Shown: positions 54,849 to 63,149 of the stretch, piece by piece
Position numbering within the stretch: position 1 is the first letter of the stretch
Layout of the letters: each line of letters opens with the position of its first letter
Sequence record: MH595538.1
Reading direction: 5' to 3' (one strand)
DNA: 64,000 bases
The notes under the pieces: model-generated
What the model was told of the DNA's origin: nothing
The model's database searches: none
What the model saw: the letters and a program-made list of their open reading frames with translations, nothing else
Made by a program: the position numbers and the translations under genes

Positions 54849-56666
54849 TTATTCCATATCTAACATAATGCCAGAAATACCAGAGTAGCTTTCAGTACCT
54901 ACAGCGTCAAACGTAATAACAAGATCTGCGCCATTAGAACAGTCATAGTCTAAAGTACCAATGTGCTCACTGAAGTCACCGGTGAATGCACTGCCGTCAA
55001 TAGCACTCTTATAGGTCACTGTACGACTACCGTTGTCATCCGTAATCGTTGCTTGGGTAACGTAGTCATCTGCAGCTGAAGTCGTATACAGGCCTGCTAG
55101 AGAGATTGTGCCTTTGCCTGCCTTCTCAATAGTCGCTGTCATTTGACGAGTATTGACGATAAAACATCCGCCAGACAATAGGTTTGGATCCATTAGATCT
55201 TCACCATAGTCTACCCAGTCAGTATTGTTATTCAAGCGAGCTTGGTAATTACCGCCAACAGTTGCTAGTTTAAAGCGCATGCCAGGATCTAGTAATTCAG
55301 ACTTAAATGCCTTAGTGATTTGAGCATCAAAGTCAGAGCCCGCCGTAATGCCAAAGTTGTTACCTAGCTGGCGATACATAGGGCGGTTATTGATTGCTGT
55401 TTCGTTGCCGATGTTAATTAGAACACGATTAGTGTACTTAGTCGCATCAAAAGGTTCAGGCTTGATGTTTCCGTTAAGCTCTAGTTGATCAATGATGTAT
55501 TCACGTACACGATGAGAACCATTGCCATCTGGATAACCGCCATCGACTGCTTTGTAATCATCGTCATTATAGAAGTGCAAGTTATCATCATCCAATAGAT
55601 CTGGATTGTCTTTAACAAACGTGTAAAGGTCGAACACTGGACGTTGAGTATCTTCATCAAAGAACATTGGGGTTAGTTCTTTACAAAGAGGGATCAAGAA
55701 CTCATCGTTCCATGAGCCGGTATGTAGCGTCACACCTTTGTCAGGCAGAGCAGATAACTGACCTTTCGCATCTACCCAGTGCAATGAAGTGATTGCAACA
55801 TCGCCGTGTTGTTTAAGTTCAGCAATAATTTCACGAGTCAACGTATCGGCGGTGGTGCGCTGCTCTTCTGTCATGTCAGACCAAGCAGTCACTGTACCGG
55901 CTGCTCCGTCACCTACTCCGCCTGCAGAGAGATATGTGTTACAGTCGTTAAGGCCGCCAAAGAACAAGAATAGAGTCTCGCCATTTGCTAATGCGGTAGA
56001 ATCAGCAATCTGATCTTTGATGTAAGAAAGTGTTGTGCCTGGAGAAGCTTGGCTATCAAAGTTGGTGCCACGGAACGGTACTAGGTTACCGTCTTTATCG
56101 TTCCAGATGTTGTTAAGTTTGAATGTACCGTTTGTTGTACTCGCGCCAACGCCAATGATAGTGTCATAGCGTTTATGTACGGGAATTGCCGATAGTGCTT
56201 TCTTGATGGCTTGTGCTAGGATAGTGCGAGTACCGGTAGCAGAATCATCGTCATAGACAAACAGGTCTTGGATAACCGAAGCGTCATTCACAATATCCCA
56301 GTTTGCATCAACCCAAGCACCAGTATGCACTTTGTTACTTAGGTAAAGGTCACCGTCGCGATAGACAAGGTCGTCAGACAAGTAGTCCGCATTTTCATCA
56401 AACTCTTGCACGTATCCTTTGTGAGTATCCACAAGAGTCCAGTCGCCATCCGCCCATGCGGTATTAGCAGCTTGACCCGCAGGCGTGTAATATACTTCGT
56501 TATCACCACTACTGATAACCAGTTCGTTAGCAGCGTAAGTATTTGTTTGATCCCACAGTAGAATATTTTCCTGTGCGATACTACCCGGGTCGACCACTAC
56601 CCATGGCGCTACAGTAACTCCATCTACATTCTTAACGATGAGCAGAGTAATTAGATTATCGTACAT
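54849..56666 (-). CDS. SGNH/GDSL esterase with N-module C, two CBM-like repeats and a C-terminal beta-domain
   Basis: Block I IIGVGAST, block III FGGLND and block V DDDNLH. Two W/F...Y..D(E)LV repeats near the N-terminus. Confidence 0.75.
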   Translation of the reverse strand: MYDNLITLLIVKNVDGVTVAPWVVVDPGSIAQENILLWDQTNTYAANELVISSGDNEVYYTPAGQAANTAWADGDWTLVDTHKGYVQEFDENADYLSDDLVYRDGDLYLSNKVHTGAWVDANWDIVNDASVIQDLFVYDDDSATGTRTILAQAIKKALSAIPVHKRYDTIIGVGASTTNGTFKLNNIWNDKDGNLVPFRGTNFDSQASPGTTLSYIKDQIADSTALANGETLFLFFGGLNDCNTYLSAGGVGDGAAGTVTAWSDMTEEQRTTADTLTREIIAELKQHGDVAITSLHWVDAKGQLSALPDKGVTLHTGSWNDEFLIPLCKELTPMFFDEDTQRPVFDLYTFVKDNPDLLDDDNLHFYNDDDYKAVDGGYPDGNGSHRVREYIIDQLELNGNIKPEPFDATKYTNRVLINIGNETAINNRPMYRQLGNNFGITAGSDFDAQITKAFKSELLDPGMRFKLATVGGNYQARLNNNTDWVDYGEDLMDPNLLSGGCFIVNTRQMTATIEKAGKGTISLAGLYTTSAADDYVTQATITDDNGSRTVTYKSAIDGSAFTGDFSEHIGTLDYDCSNGADLVITFDAVGTESYSGISGIMLDME

Positions 56667-56724
56667 AATCAGTCCTTTCTTTAAATGACATTTACAAGAC
56701 CCGTAGACATAATGAATACTAAGG

Positions 56725-56734
56725 CTATAAGATT
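56725..56734 (-). promoter_or_regulatory. Candidate late promoter motif AATCTTATAG
   Basis: Minus-strand match upstream of the SGNH gene. Confidence 0.45.
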
Positions 56735-56763
56735 TGATTCTATAAATTATTATCTATGGACCA

Positions 56764-56773
56764 AATAGATTGA
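56764..56773 (+). promoter_or_regulatory. Candidate late promoter motif AATAGATTGA
   Basis: Identical to the 10-mer at 20954. Divergent partner of 56725. Confidence 0.45.
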
Positions 56774-56838
56774 GTAACCTTGCTGTCAAAAGGACTCGGC
56801 ATGCACAACTAAACGGATTAATCAACGAGGACGCTATT

Positions 56839-57306
56839 ATGCTAATCGAAGAACTATTCGTCAGGCTAGTGACGAGCGACAGAGAATCACAAACATTGCC
56901 GTATGTAATCGTGAGAAACCCTGTTGACTCAATTAGCATTAGACACTTTGAACCTAACAGCAATTACAAAAAGGACACGGTCTGTCTAAGGCTAGATCAA
57001 TTATACCTTTGTCTAGAGGAAGTATACGAAGACGAGTACTGGAATCCTAAAAAATGGAAAATGCTGGATCCTTTCTTATATCATGTTTACGAACATGTAG
57101 TAAACAGGGATTATCATCCAGGCAGTATCGTCTCCAAGAACGGAGATTTGTTTGTATCACAGGAATTAAATAAAGGCACCATGGACATGTCCAAATGGAA
57201 ACGTGCTCATCATCTAATGGAACTAGAGGTATGTAGCGGGCACATGAACTATGGCAATGGTGACTTTAAACAGTTTGACTTCAGCGGGATGCTGGTAAAA
57301 TTATAA
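56839..57306 (+). CDS. Small protein with an N-module C-like start and two CBM-like repeats
   Basis: Start moved to ATG 56839 (GAGG RBS). PYVIV falls at the same position as PWVVV in the SGNH gene. FEPNSNYKKD...W and YHPGSIV.KNGDLF...W repeats. Confidence 0.6.
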   Translation: MLIEELFVRLVTSDRESQTLPYVIVRNPVDSISIRHFEPNSNYKKDTVCLRLDQLYLCLEEVYEDEYWNPKKWKMLDPFLYHVYEHVVNRDYHPGSIVSKNGDLFVSQELNKGTMDMSKWKRAHHLMELEVCSGHMNYGNGDFKQFDFSGMLVKL

Positions 57307-57315
57307 AGTTTATTG

Positions 57316-57335
57316 GGGGCTCCTTCGGGAGCCTC
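57316..57335 (+). terminator. Intrinsic terminator
   Basis: GGGGCTCC-TTCG-GGAGCCTC followed by AATTTTATTTT. Confidence 0.75.
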
Positions 57336-57342
57336 AATTTTA

Positions 57343-57366
57343 TTTTGTGTCTATATTACCGGGGTG
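57343..57366 (+). promoter_or_regulatory. Candidate early promoter
   Basis: TTT-TGTGT-CTATATTACC-GGG-GTG, containing an exact TATATTAC. Confidence 0.65.
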
Positions 57367-57393
57367 TAATTGTAAACACTAAAGGGCAATATT

Positions 57394-58398
57394 ATGCAAG
57401 TTATACATCTAGACAAACTCGATTACTTTGACTACCTTCAGTACAGAGAGCTTTTTGATTATTACCGATTGTTTCAAAAGAAAGAAGACGGCGTCTATGT
57501 GCCAGTGTTAGCAGGTAATCTTCAAAGCATCATTGGAATGAAAATGCCAAAGGTTACTCTTAAAATACCGGTAATAGAAGAAGCAGCTATGTCTAGCGGG
57601 GAGTGTCGATTGGTTCATGGCTATGACGAAGAGAAAGATATATGGTGGGTCGTGATGTCCTATGTTACGACGGAAGACAGTCAAGTAGTAAGAAAAATAC
57701 CTTTCTTTAAAGTAGCGACAATGACCGAGGATGAAGAAGTACTTTTCACCGATCAAGAACTACAAGAATTTAAAGATCGTATTTTAGGCCCTGCGGAAGA
57801 ACTAAGATTAATCATGCCAAGACAGTCTGGCAAGTCTACCATGATTAATCGTCGCATAATGGGAGACGCGTTTAATGATGCACTAGCATCCTACTTTCAC
57901 CCAGGAGATGGATCTGCTACAATCACGTTCGATCCCCTGCAGGCATTTTTAAAAGATGATGACGATGACTGTAGACTAAGGTCATGGATAGATCATGGCA
58001 TGCCGATTGAAGGATGCGTACAAGGTGATTTACTCGAAGACGGGGATTATGCCGAAGTAACATGTAACGACGTCTGGAATAAAGACCATCAAAAACTAGG
58101 CATGATGATGACTATGTCTCAGGGCTCTTACATGCGTCGCTTAGACGTTAAACATGTTTACTTTATCTTTAAAAATGCAGCAGTGCTTGATTCTCGATGG
58201 AAGTCTCTATTTAACTTACTTAACTTAGATGTCGGTTCTTTAAAACAAGATGAATATGAAATCCATAAGGAGAATATCGAAGATCTTTTTAAGCGATTGA
58301 TTGATGAAGGCGATATTGTCGCATGGGGCGGAGGACATGAACCGGATGATGCGATTACGATCGCAATGGCGGCTTTTGGAATAATAACAGGAAAATAA
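57394..58398 (+). CDS. Hypothetical protein with an isolated PRQSGKST P-loop-like motif
   Basis: 334 aa. LIMPRQSGKST at about 57808-57840, no Walker B seen. Confidence 0.55.
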   Translation: MQVIHLDKLDYFDYLQYRELFDYYRLFQKKEDGVYVPVLAGNLQSIIGMKMPKVTLKIPVIEEAAMSSGECRLVHGYDEEKDIWWVVMSYVTTEDSQVVRKIPFFKVATMTEDEEVLFTDQELQEFKDRILGPAEELRLIMPRQSGKSTMINRRIMGDAFNDALASYFHPGDGSATITFDPLQAFLKDDDDDCRLRSWIDHGMPIEGCVQGDLLEDGDYAEVTCNDVWNKDHQKLGMMMTMSQGSYMRRLDVKHVYFIFKNAAVLDSRWKSLFNLLNLDVGSLKQDEYEIHKENIEDLFKRLIDEGDIVAWGGGHEPDDAITIAMAAFGIITGK

Positions 58399-58399
58399 G

Positions 58400-58813
58400 A
58401 TGAAATGGTATTTTGTAAGAATAGATAAACCCGATATTGATCGTATTCACAGTACAATCGCAGTGCCTGGTTTTGCATGCAAGGCACATGCGGACATATT
58501 GGCAGAGGCAATGCTTAGCGATCCTCGCCATTCTCAGGAGCAGATGGCTTCTATCATGGTCTCTGATCCCGAAGAATTAGAGACATTGTTTAAACCTCCT
58601 TATTCTGTCAGTAAGTTTAACTGGCAGACAAAGTATCACTTCTTATTTGGTAACCCCGTTAGTGATGTCTTCATTGCTCCACATGACGAGCATCATGACA
58701 AACCAGGTATTGATGTCGAACTTACCTTAGAGACTATGGAGACTGATAATGTCTTCGACTCTATCACATGGTCGTTATGCGAAGCCCTAGACAAGCCCAT
58801 ATTCAGTAATTAA
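58400..58813 (+). CDS. Hypothetical protein
   Basis: 137 aa, starts 1 nt after the upstream stop. Confidence 0.6.
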   Translation: MKWYFVRIDKPDIDRIHSTIAVPGFACKAHADILAEAMLSDPRHSQEQMASIMVSDPEELETLFKPPYSVSKFNWQTKYHFLFGNPVSDVFIAPHDEHHDKPGIDVELTLETMETDNVFDSITWSLCEALDKPIFSN

Positions 58814-58826
58814 AAAGGACACTATA

Positions 58827-60476
58827 ATGAGTGAACACGTATTTAAAGCAGGAGACCTGCCAAAGACAGGCGTATTAACGGGTAAGTTTGCCCCATTGAC
58901 TTCAGGTCACATTAACTTCATCAACTTGGCAGCTACTCAGGTACAGAAGCTATTTGTGGTTTTGTCCTTTGATCAAAAATGGATAGATGGACTAGAAAAC
59001 TATGTCTACTGGGCTCCCCGTTTAACCATAGAGAAACGCATCAATTGGTTAAAGCGCACATTCATGGATGTTCCACATATCGAAATCGTCTATGTAGATG
59101 AGACTGAAATTGCAGCTTATCCAGATGGCGCTCGTGATTGGTCTGTGTTAGTACGCAAGACCCTGAATGAGGCAGGCTGTATCTCTATTGATAAATGGTT
59201 CAGCTCAGAACCTGAATATGGGAATTGGATCAATAAATACTTTCCAGAAGCAGAACATGAAGTCATTGATCAGGATCGTGTAGGCGTACCTATCTCTGCA
59301 ACGATGATTCGTAAAAACCCTTATGATCACTGGGGATACCTACCAACAGTAGTGCGTAAAGAGCTTGTACTCAAGGTATTGATTCAAGGCACAGAGTCCA
59401 GCGGTAAGAGTTCTTTAACTAACCAACTGGCTAAGATCTATAATACTGCATGGGTAGAAGAATACGGCCGTACGTTCTGCGAGCAAGATTTAGCAGGCGA
59501 CGAAGTATCTTTGCAGTTTGATCACTATGCAGATATTGCCATTAAGCGCCATCAGATGGAAAAGGAGGAATTGCTTAAAGCAAACCGGGTATTGTTCTCC
59601 GATACTTCTGCTTTAGTAACTCAGATGTTCTGTATGGCTTATGAAGGCGAGCCTAATGACATGGTTGATGCAATCATACGTCAAGAACATTACGACATCG
59701 TGCTGGACTTACAGGCGGATATAGAGTGGATCAATGATGGTCTGCGCGGCCAGTCTGGAGGTCCTGAGAAATTAAGTCGTAATCGAGATATCTTAGATAA
59801 CCTTATCATGCAGCATGAGGTAAAGAACTCATCGAGCTACTTTGAAATTACAGGCAGCTTCTATGATCGCCTGCAGCGTTCACTATCGATAATCAATGAG
59901 CGTCTAGCGCATCCTTTTGGAAAAGTCACCGAGATGTCGTTTAAGCCTGAAGCGCATCAACATGTTCCTTCGGAAACTGGATTGGAAATTGATCTGACTG
60001 GGTGTGCCGACGTGCTGTTATCTGAAGCTAGGGCGTCCGGCCAAGTAACGTCAATGTTCGATACATTAACCATAGAAAGTAATGGAGAGATATTTGATTA
60101 TGCTGTATCTAAGAATCCTGAATTAGGAGACAGATGTTATACAGAGACCGGCCTATACTTATTCAATGGCGTCGAATGGAAGAAAGGCATTAAGATAAAA
60201 GAAAGTACATTAACCGGATGGATGAGGAATAACGTCGATGATCTTGTCGCTGACGAAAGCGTCGTTATAGTAAATGCCAATGAGGTCAGTGAATACCTGA
60301 ATAGAGTTATCGTCATTGACGATATCAGTGCAAAAACCTTAGTCGTGCCCGGTTCGAAGTTAATCGACTTCTTCTATCTGCCCATGGACCCAGAAGTATA
60401 TCGAATACTACCGTTAAGGGACCTACATATATCTTCTTCGAAAATAAAGGAAATAAAATATGATTCCAAAAGATAA
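58827..60476 (+). CDS. nadR: NadR-like NMN adenylyltransferase / ribosylnicotinamide kinase (no HTH) with an extra C-terminal region
   Basis: GKFAPLTSGH ((H/T)xGH signature), PISATMIR, kinase P-loop GTESSGKS, EEYGR, FSDT and WINDGLR. Confidence 0.88.
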   Translation: MSEHVFKAGDLPKTGVLTGKFAPLTSGHINFINLAATQVQKLFVVLSFDQKWIDGLENYVYWAPRLTIEKRINWLKRTFMDVPHIEIVYVDETEIAAYPDGARDWSVLVRKTLNEAGCISIDKWFSSEPEYGNWINKYFPEAEHEVIDQDRVGVPISATMIRKNPYDHWGYLPTVVRKELVLKVLIQGTESSGKSSLTNQLAKIYNTAWVEEYGRTFCEQDLAGDEVSLQFDHYADIAIKRHQMEKEELLKANRVLFSDTSALVTQMFCMAYEGEPNDMVDAIIRQEHYDIVLDLQADIEWINDGLRGQSGGPEKLSRNRDILDNLIMQHEVKNSSSYFEITGSFYDRLQRSLSIINERLAHPFGKVTEMSFKPEAHQHVPSETGLEIDLTGCADVLLSEARASGQVTSMFDTLTIESNGEIFDYAVSKNPELGDRCYTETGLYLFNGVEWKKGIKIKESTLTGWMRNNVDDLVADESVVIVNANEVSEYLNRVIVIDDISAKTLVVPGSKLIDFFYLPMDPEVYRILPLRDLHISSSKIKEIKYDSKR

Positions 60477-60825
60477 AGAAGAACCCAGCTTTCTCAAGCT
60501 GGTTTTCTCACAATGGTCATGGCGTAACGATAAGAAAAGTCTTGCGGTAATGACTGTCTTTATATTGTTTTCAATGGCCCTGTGGATAGGGAGCGATTTT
60601 TACTTGCATAGTGAATTACTTCCTCTTCATGTCTACGGCAGTATCGCAGGCACGTTCTTAATGTGCATGCTTGCAGGGTATCATTTTCTGAAACTACTGA
60701 TAATGATGCTCGGCTTTGCAGCTATCAAACTAGTCTTGTTCTTCTCTCGTTTTGAAGGAGAAAGAGATGCCTATCGAGCGATGGTCCGTGATTCGGTAAT
60801 TCCTATGTTAACAATAAGGAAATGA
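60460..60825 (+). CDS. Small membrane protein
   Basis: 121 aa with 2-3 hydrophobic segments. Confidence 0.6.
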   Translation: MIPKDKEEPSFLKLVFSQWSWRNDKKSLAVMTVFILFSMALWIGSDFYLHSELLPLHVYGSIAGTFLMCMLAGYHFLKLLIMMLGFAAIKLVLFFSRFEGERDAYRAMVRDSVIPMLTIRK

Positions 60826-61427
60826 TAATGAAGACAATTTCTGCATATCGTGAAGACTTTGTTGGTTTTGTAAAAGACGGACAGATTGATAAGGCTATGT
60901 TAGAGAAGTCGGTTTGGCCATATTCTAGTCCTTCACTCAATCCCGTTGGAAAGGCCGGCATTCCCGCCCCTCGAGTAGGGGTTGGCCGCTTTAAACCAGC
61001 TCGTGGGAAAAGTATTCCGTCGATAGAATGGACTGACTGGCTATTCATGCCTGAGTTAAACGTGAATTGGATTAGCGCATCTACTCGTTATCCCAAAAGT
61101 ACGTTCAGTAGTCTTGAGGATAAAGCACTATTAGATCATCGTTATCGTTTCTGTCCGCCTAAAGATACTTTCATGACATTACAGATCAATGGACGTATCT
61201 TTGATTTCATTGACCATGGTTATACAGGAGTCTTCAATGAAGATCTGATGTTCATGAATGAGTGGAAGGTCGTTGAGCGAGGTACAGATCTTGTCCTTAT
61301 GGAGTCTGATATCTTGATGTATTACCATGACGCAAAAACTACGGAGCATCTAATTGCAGGTGCTTTATTGAAACGGGGATGGCGATTACGTCATCGTGAA
61401 TTCGAAAAGCATTATAATAGGAATTAG
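60822..61427 (+). CDS. Hypothetical protein
   Basis: 201 aa, ATGA overlap with the upstream gene. Confidence 0.6.
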   Translation: MIMKTISAYREDFVGFVKDGQIDKAMLEKSVWPYSSPSLNPVGKAGIPAPRVGVGRFKPARGKSIPSIEWTDWLFMPELNVNWISASTRYPKSTFSSLEDKALLDHRYRFCPPKDTFMTLQINGRIFDFIDHGYTGVFNEDLMFMNEWKVVERGTDLVLMESDILMYYHDAKTTEHLIAGALLKRGWRLRHREFEKHYNRN

Positions 61428-61429
61428 TC

Positions 61430-61927
61430 ATGAGCTTAAAGTTCGACATTAACCTGAAGACCGATGAACTTGAAAAATCAGAGGCTGAAGACCACGGTAT
61501 ATATCCTGTCCTCACTCGATCTGAAGTTGAAAGAAGATATTCTAATTTACTCAGACCAGGTCGTATTTTCGTGCTAGAAGGAGAAGTTTTTAATTGCAAA
61601 TACGAATTCCCTGGTCTCAAATACAATCAGGATATTGATCCAGATGAGAACGTGACTGTCTATACGGCCGAGGTCCTAAAGTGGCTAATGCAGACAGTCC
61701 AATATGAACTTATTTCTGATGACCGGCAGCGGTTAATGCCTGCTCTCGCAAGGAGAACGGCCAGCGTCGCAGTCGCATATCACCTCAGAAATCAGCAGAC
61801 GAAACGTGTCAAGTTCACCATTGATTTCGACGCCTGTAGAACACAGCGTTTTCTAAGTACGGCAAAGATGATTCCGCCGGGTAGACTTGTCGATATCAGT
61901 AAATGCACTTACCGTCCAAACAAATAA
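61430..61927 (+). CDS. Hypothetical protein
   Basis: 165 aa, AGGA RBS. Confidence 0.6.
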   Translation: MSLKFDINLKTDELEKSEAEDHGIYPVLTRSEVERRYSNLLRPGRIFVLEGEVFNCKYEFPGLKYNQDIDPDENVTVYTAEVLKWLMQTVQYELISDDRQRLMPALARRTASVAVAYHLRNQQTKRVKFTIDFDACRTQRFLSTAKMIPPGRLVDISKCTYRPNK

Positions 61928-61976
61928 AACGGACGGTAGTAATAACCTGAGTGAAAGCTCAATTCTATCCAACGTA

Positions 61977-62000
61977 AAAGAACCAGGAGGTTCACATGAA
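61977..62000 (+). repeat. 24-nt leader repeat, copy 1 (Shine-Dalgarno hairpin)
   Basis: AAAGAACCAGGAGGTTCACATGAA, identical at 63150-63173. Confidence 0.9.
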
Positions 62001-63114
62001 AACTAAACTAGCCGTTGTAATTATGCGTGCACAACAACCAACTGATGCACACTTCTATCTTATCCGTAAAGCTTTATCAGTAGCTGAAGATGTACTCGTT
62101 GTACTCGGCTCTACAAACCGAAGCTTATCGACAGTCAATCCTTTCTACTACCATCAGCGAGTTTCGCTTATTAAAGCGGGTCTAAAAGGCTTAGAGCATG
62201 CTAGGGTTCAGTTTAAAGGATCTAAAGACTATGTCTGGTTGGATGATGAATGGGAAGGTGCAGTTGAAAGAACGGTGATGAATCATCTTTATCATATCAT
62301 GCCAGTTGCTAAGTCAATGTCCGATGCACATAAGCATGTTGTCTTAGTGGCACATAAGAAAGACAAGTCTACTGCGGACTACGTTGAAATGTTTCCAAAG
62401 TTCAAAAAGAACTACGTAGCTCCCTATCTTGTTTCAGCAGGCAATGGTACTGATGACCGTATTCTGTTAAACGCAACTGACGAACGACGTAAGTTCTTTG
62501 TCGATGGCGACGTTGATTCACTGTACACTCCAGAAAGTGTCAAGCAGGCGCTTCGAGACTTCATGGACAGCAATCGTGAACAATACGAATACGTACAGCG
62601 TCGATACGCGCAAATTGCAACAGCAAAGAAACCCTATGCGGGCTTGCAATGGGGAATTAAGTTCATTACAGCCGATCCATTGGTTGTCTGTAAAGGGCAT
62701 GTTCTCTTAGGTAAGCGCGCAGCAGGTTACGGGGAAGGTCAATGGTGCATCCCCGGTGGTTACGTCGAACAGGATGAACTGATCGATGATGCCATGACTC
62801 GTGAACTCTATGAAGAAACTTCAATCGACATTCCAGATCCGGCAATGAAGAATGCCCATAAAGGCACTCGCAAGTTCGAATATGTGGGTCGAGATGAACG
62901 AGGTGACTTCACTACTTTCTGTGGTTTATTCGTACTGCATCCGTCTGCTGACGGTAGGCTACCTAAAGTAAAACCGCAAAGAGAAGAGATCACAGAAGTT
63001 CGATGGGTTCCGTTTGCCGACCTTGAAGGACTTGCGAAGCATATGTTCCTTGATCATTACTTTATCATTGAAATTATGCGTCGTGCTCAAGCCATTAACG
63101 GCAACACTCTGTAA
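61996..63114 (+). CDS. nadM: Bifunctional NMN adenylyltransferase / Nudix (ADP-ribose) hydrolase (NadM-Nudix, NatV-like)
   Basis: N-domain MRAQQPTDAH...VVLGS...NPF. Nudix box GGYVEQDELIDDAMTRELYEETSI. FLDHYFII near the C-terminus. Confidence 0.88.
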   Translation: MKTKLAVVIMRAQQPTDAHFYLIRKALSVAEDVLVVLGSTNRSLSTVNPFYYHQRVSLIKAGLKGLEHARVQFKGSKDYVWLDDEWEGAVERTVMNHLYHIMPVAKSMSDAHKHVVLVAHKKDKSTADYVEMFPKFKKNYVAPYLVSAGNGTDDRILLNATDERRKFFVDGDVDSLYTPESVKQALRDFMDSNREQYEYVQRRYAQIATAKKPYAGLQWGIKFITADPLVVCKGHVLLGKRAAGYGEGQWCIPGGYVEQDELIDDAMTRELYEETSIDIPDPAMKNAHKGTRKFEYVGRDERGDFTTFCGLFVLHPSADGRLPKVKPQREEITEVRWVPFADLEGLAKHMFLDHYFIIEIMRRAQAINGNTL

Positions 63115-63149
63115 GCAAGGGCTTACATTTAAACTACATTATCCCAATT

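Noticed and set aside
54815-56770. Invertible segment explaining the reverse orientation of the SGNH gene
   Set aside because: No matching inverted repeats at the two ends and no invertase. The flanks are explained by a bidirectional terminator and divergent promoters.
57394-58398. Terminase large subunit
   Set aside because: Only a Walker A-like motif is present. The protein is too short, lacks Walker B and a nuclease domain, and lies in an early context.
60460-60825. PnuC nicotinamide riboside transporter next to nadR
   Set aside because: 121 aa with 2-3 TM segments is far shorter than PnuC, and no PnuC motifs were seen.
63128-63149. CTACATTATC upstream of NAMPT as an early promoter
   Set aside because: Only a partial match: TTT spacing is 3 rather than 5, there is a core mismatch, and there is no RTG. 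Possible but unsupported.
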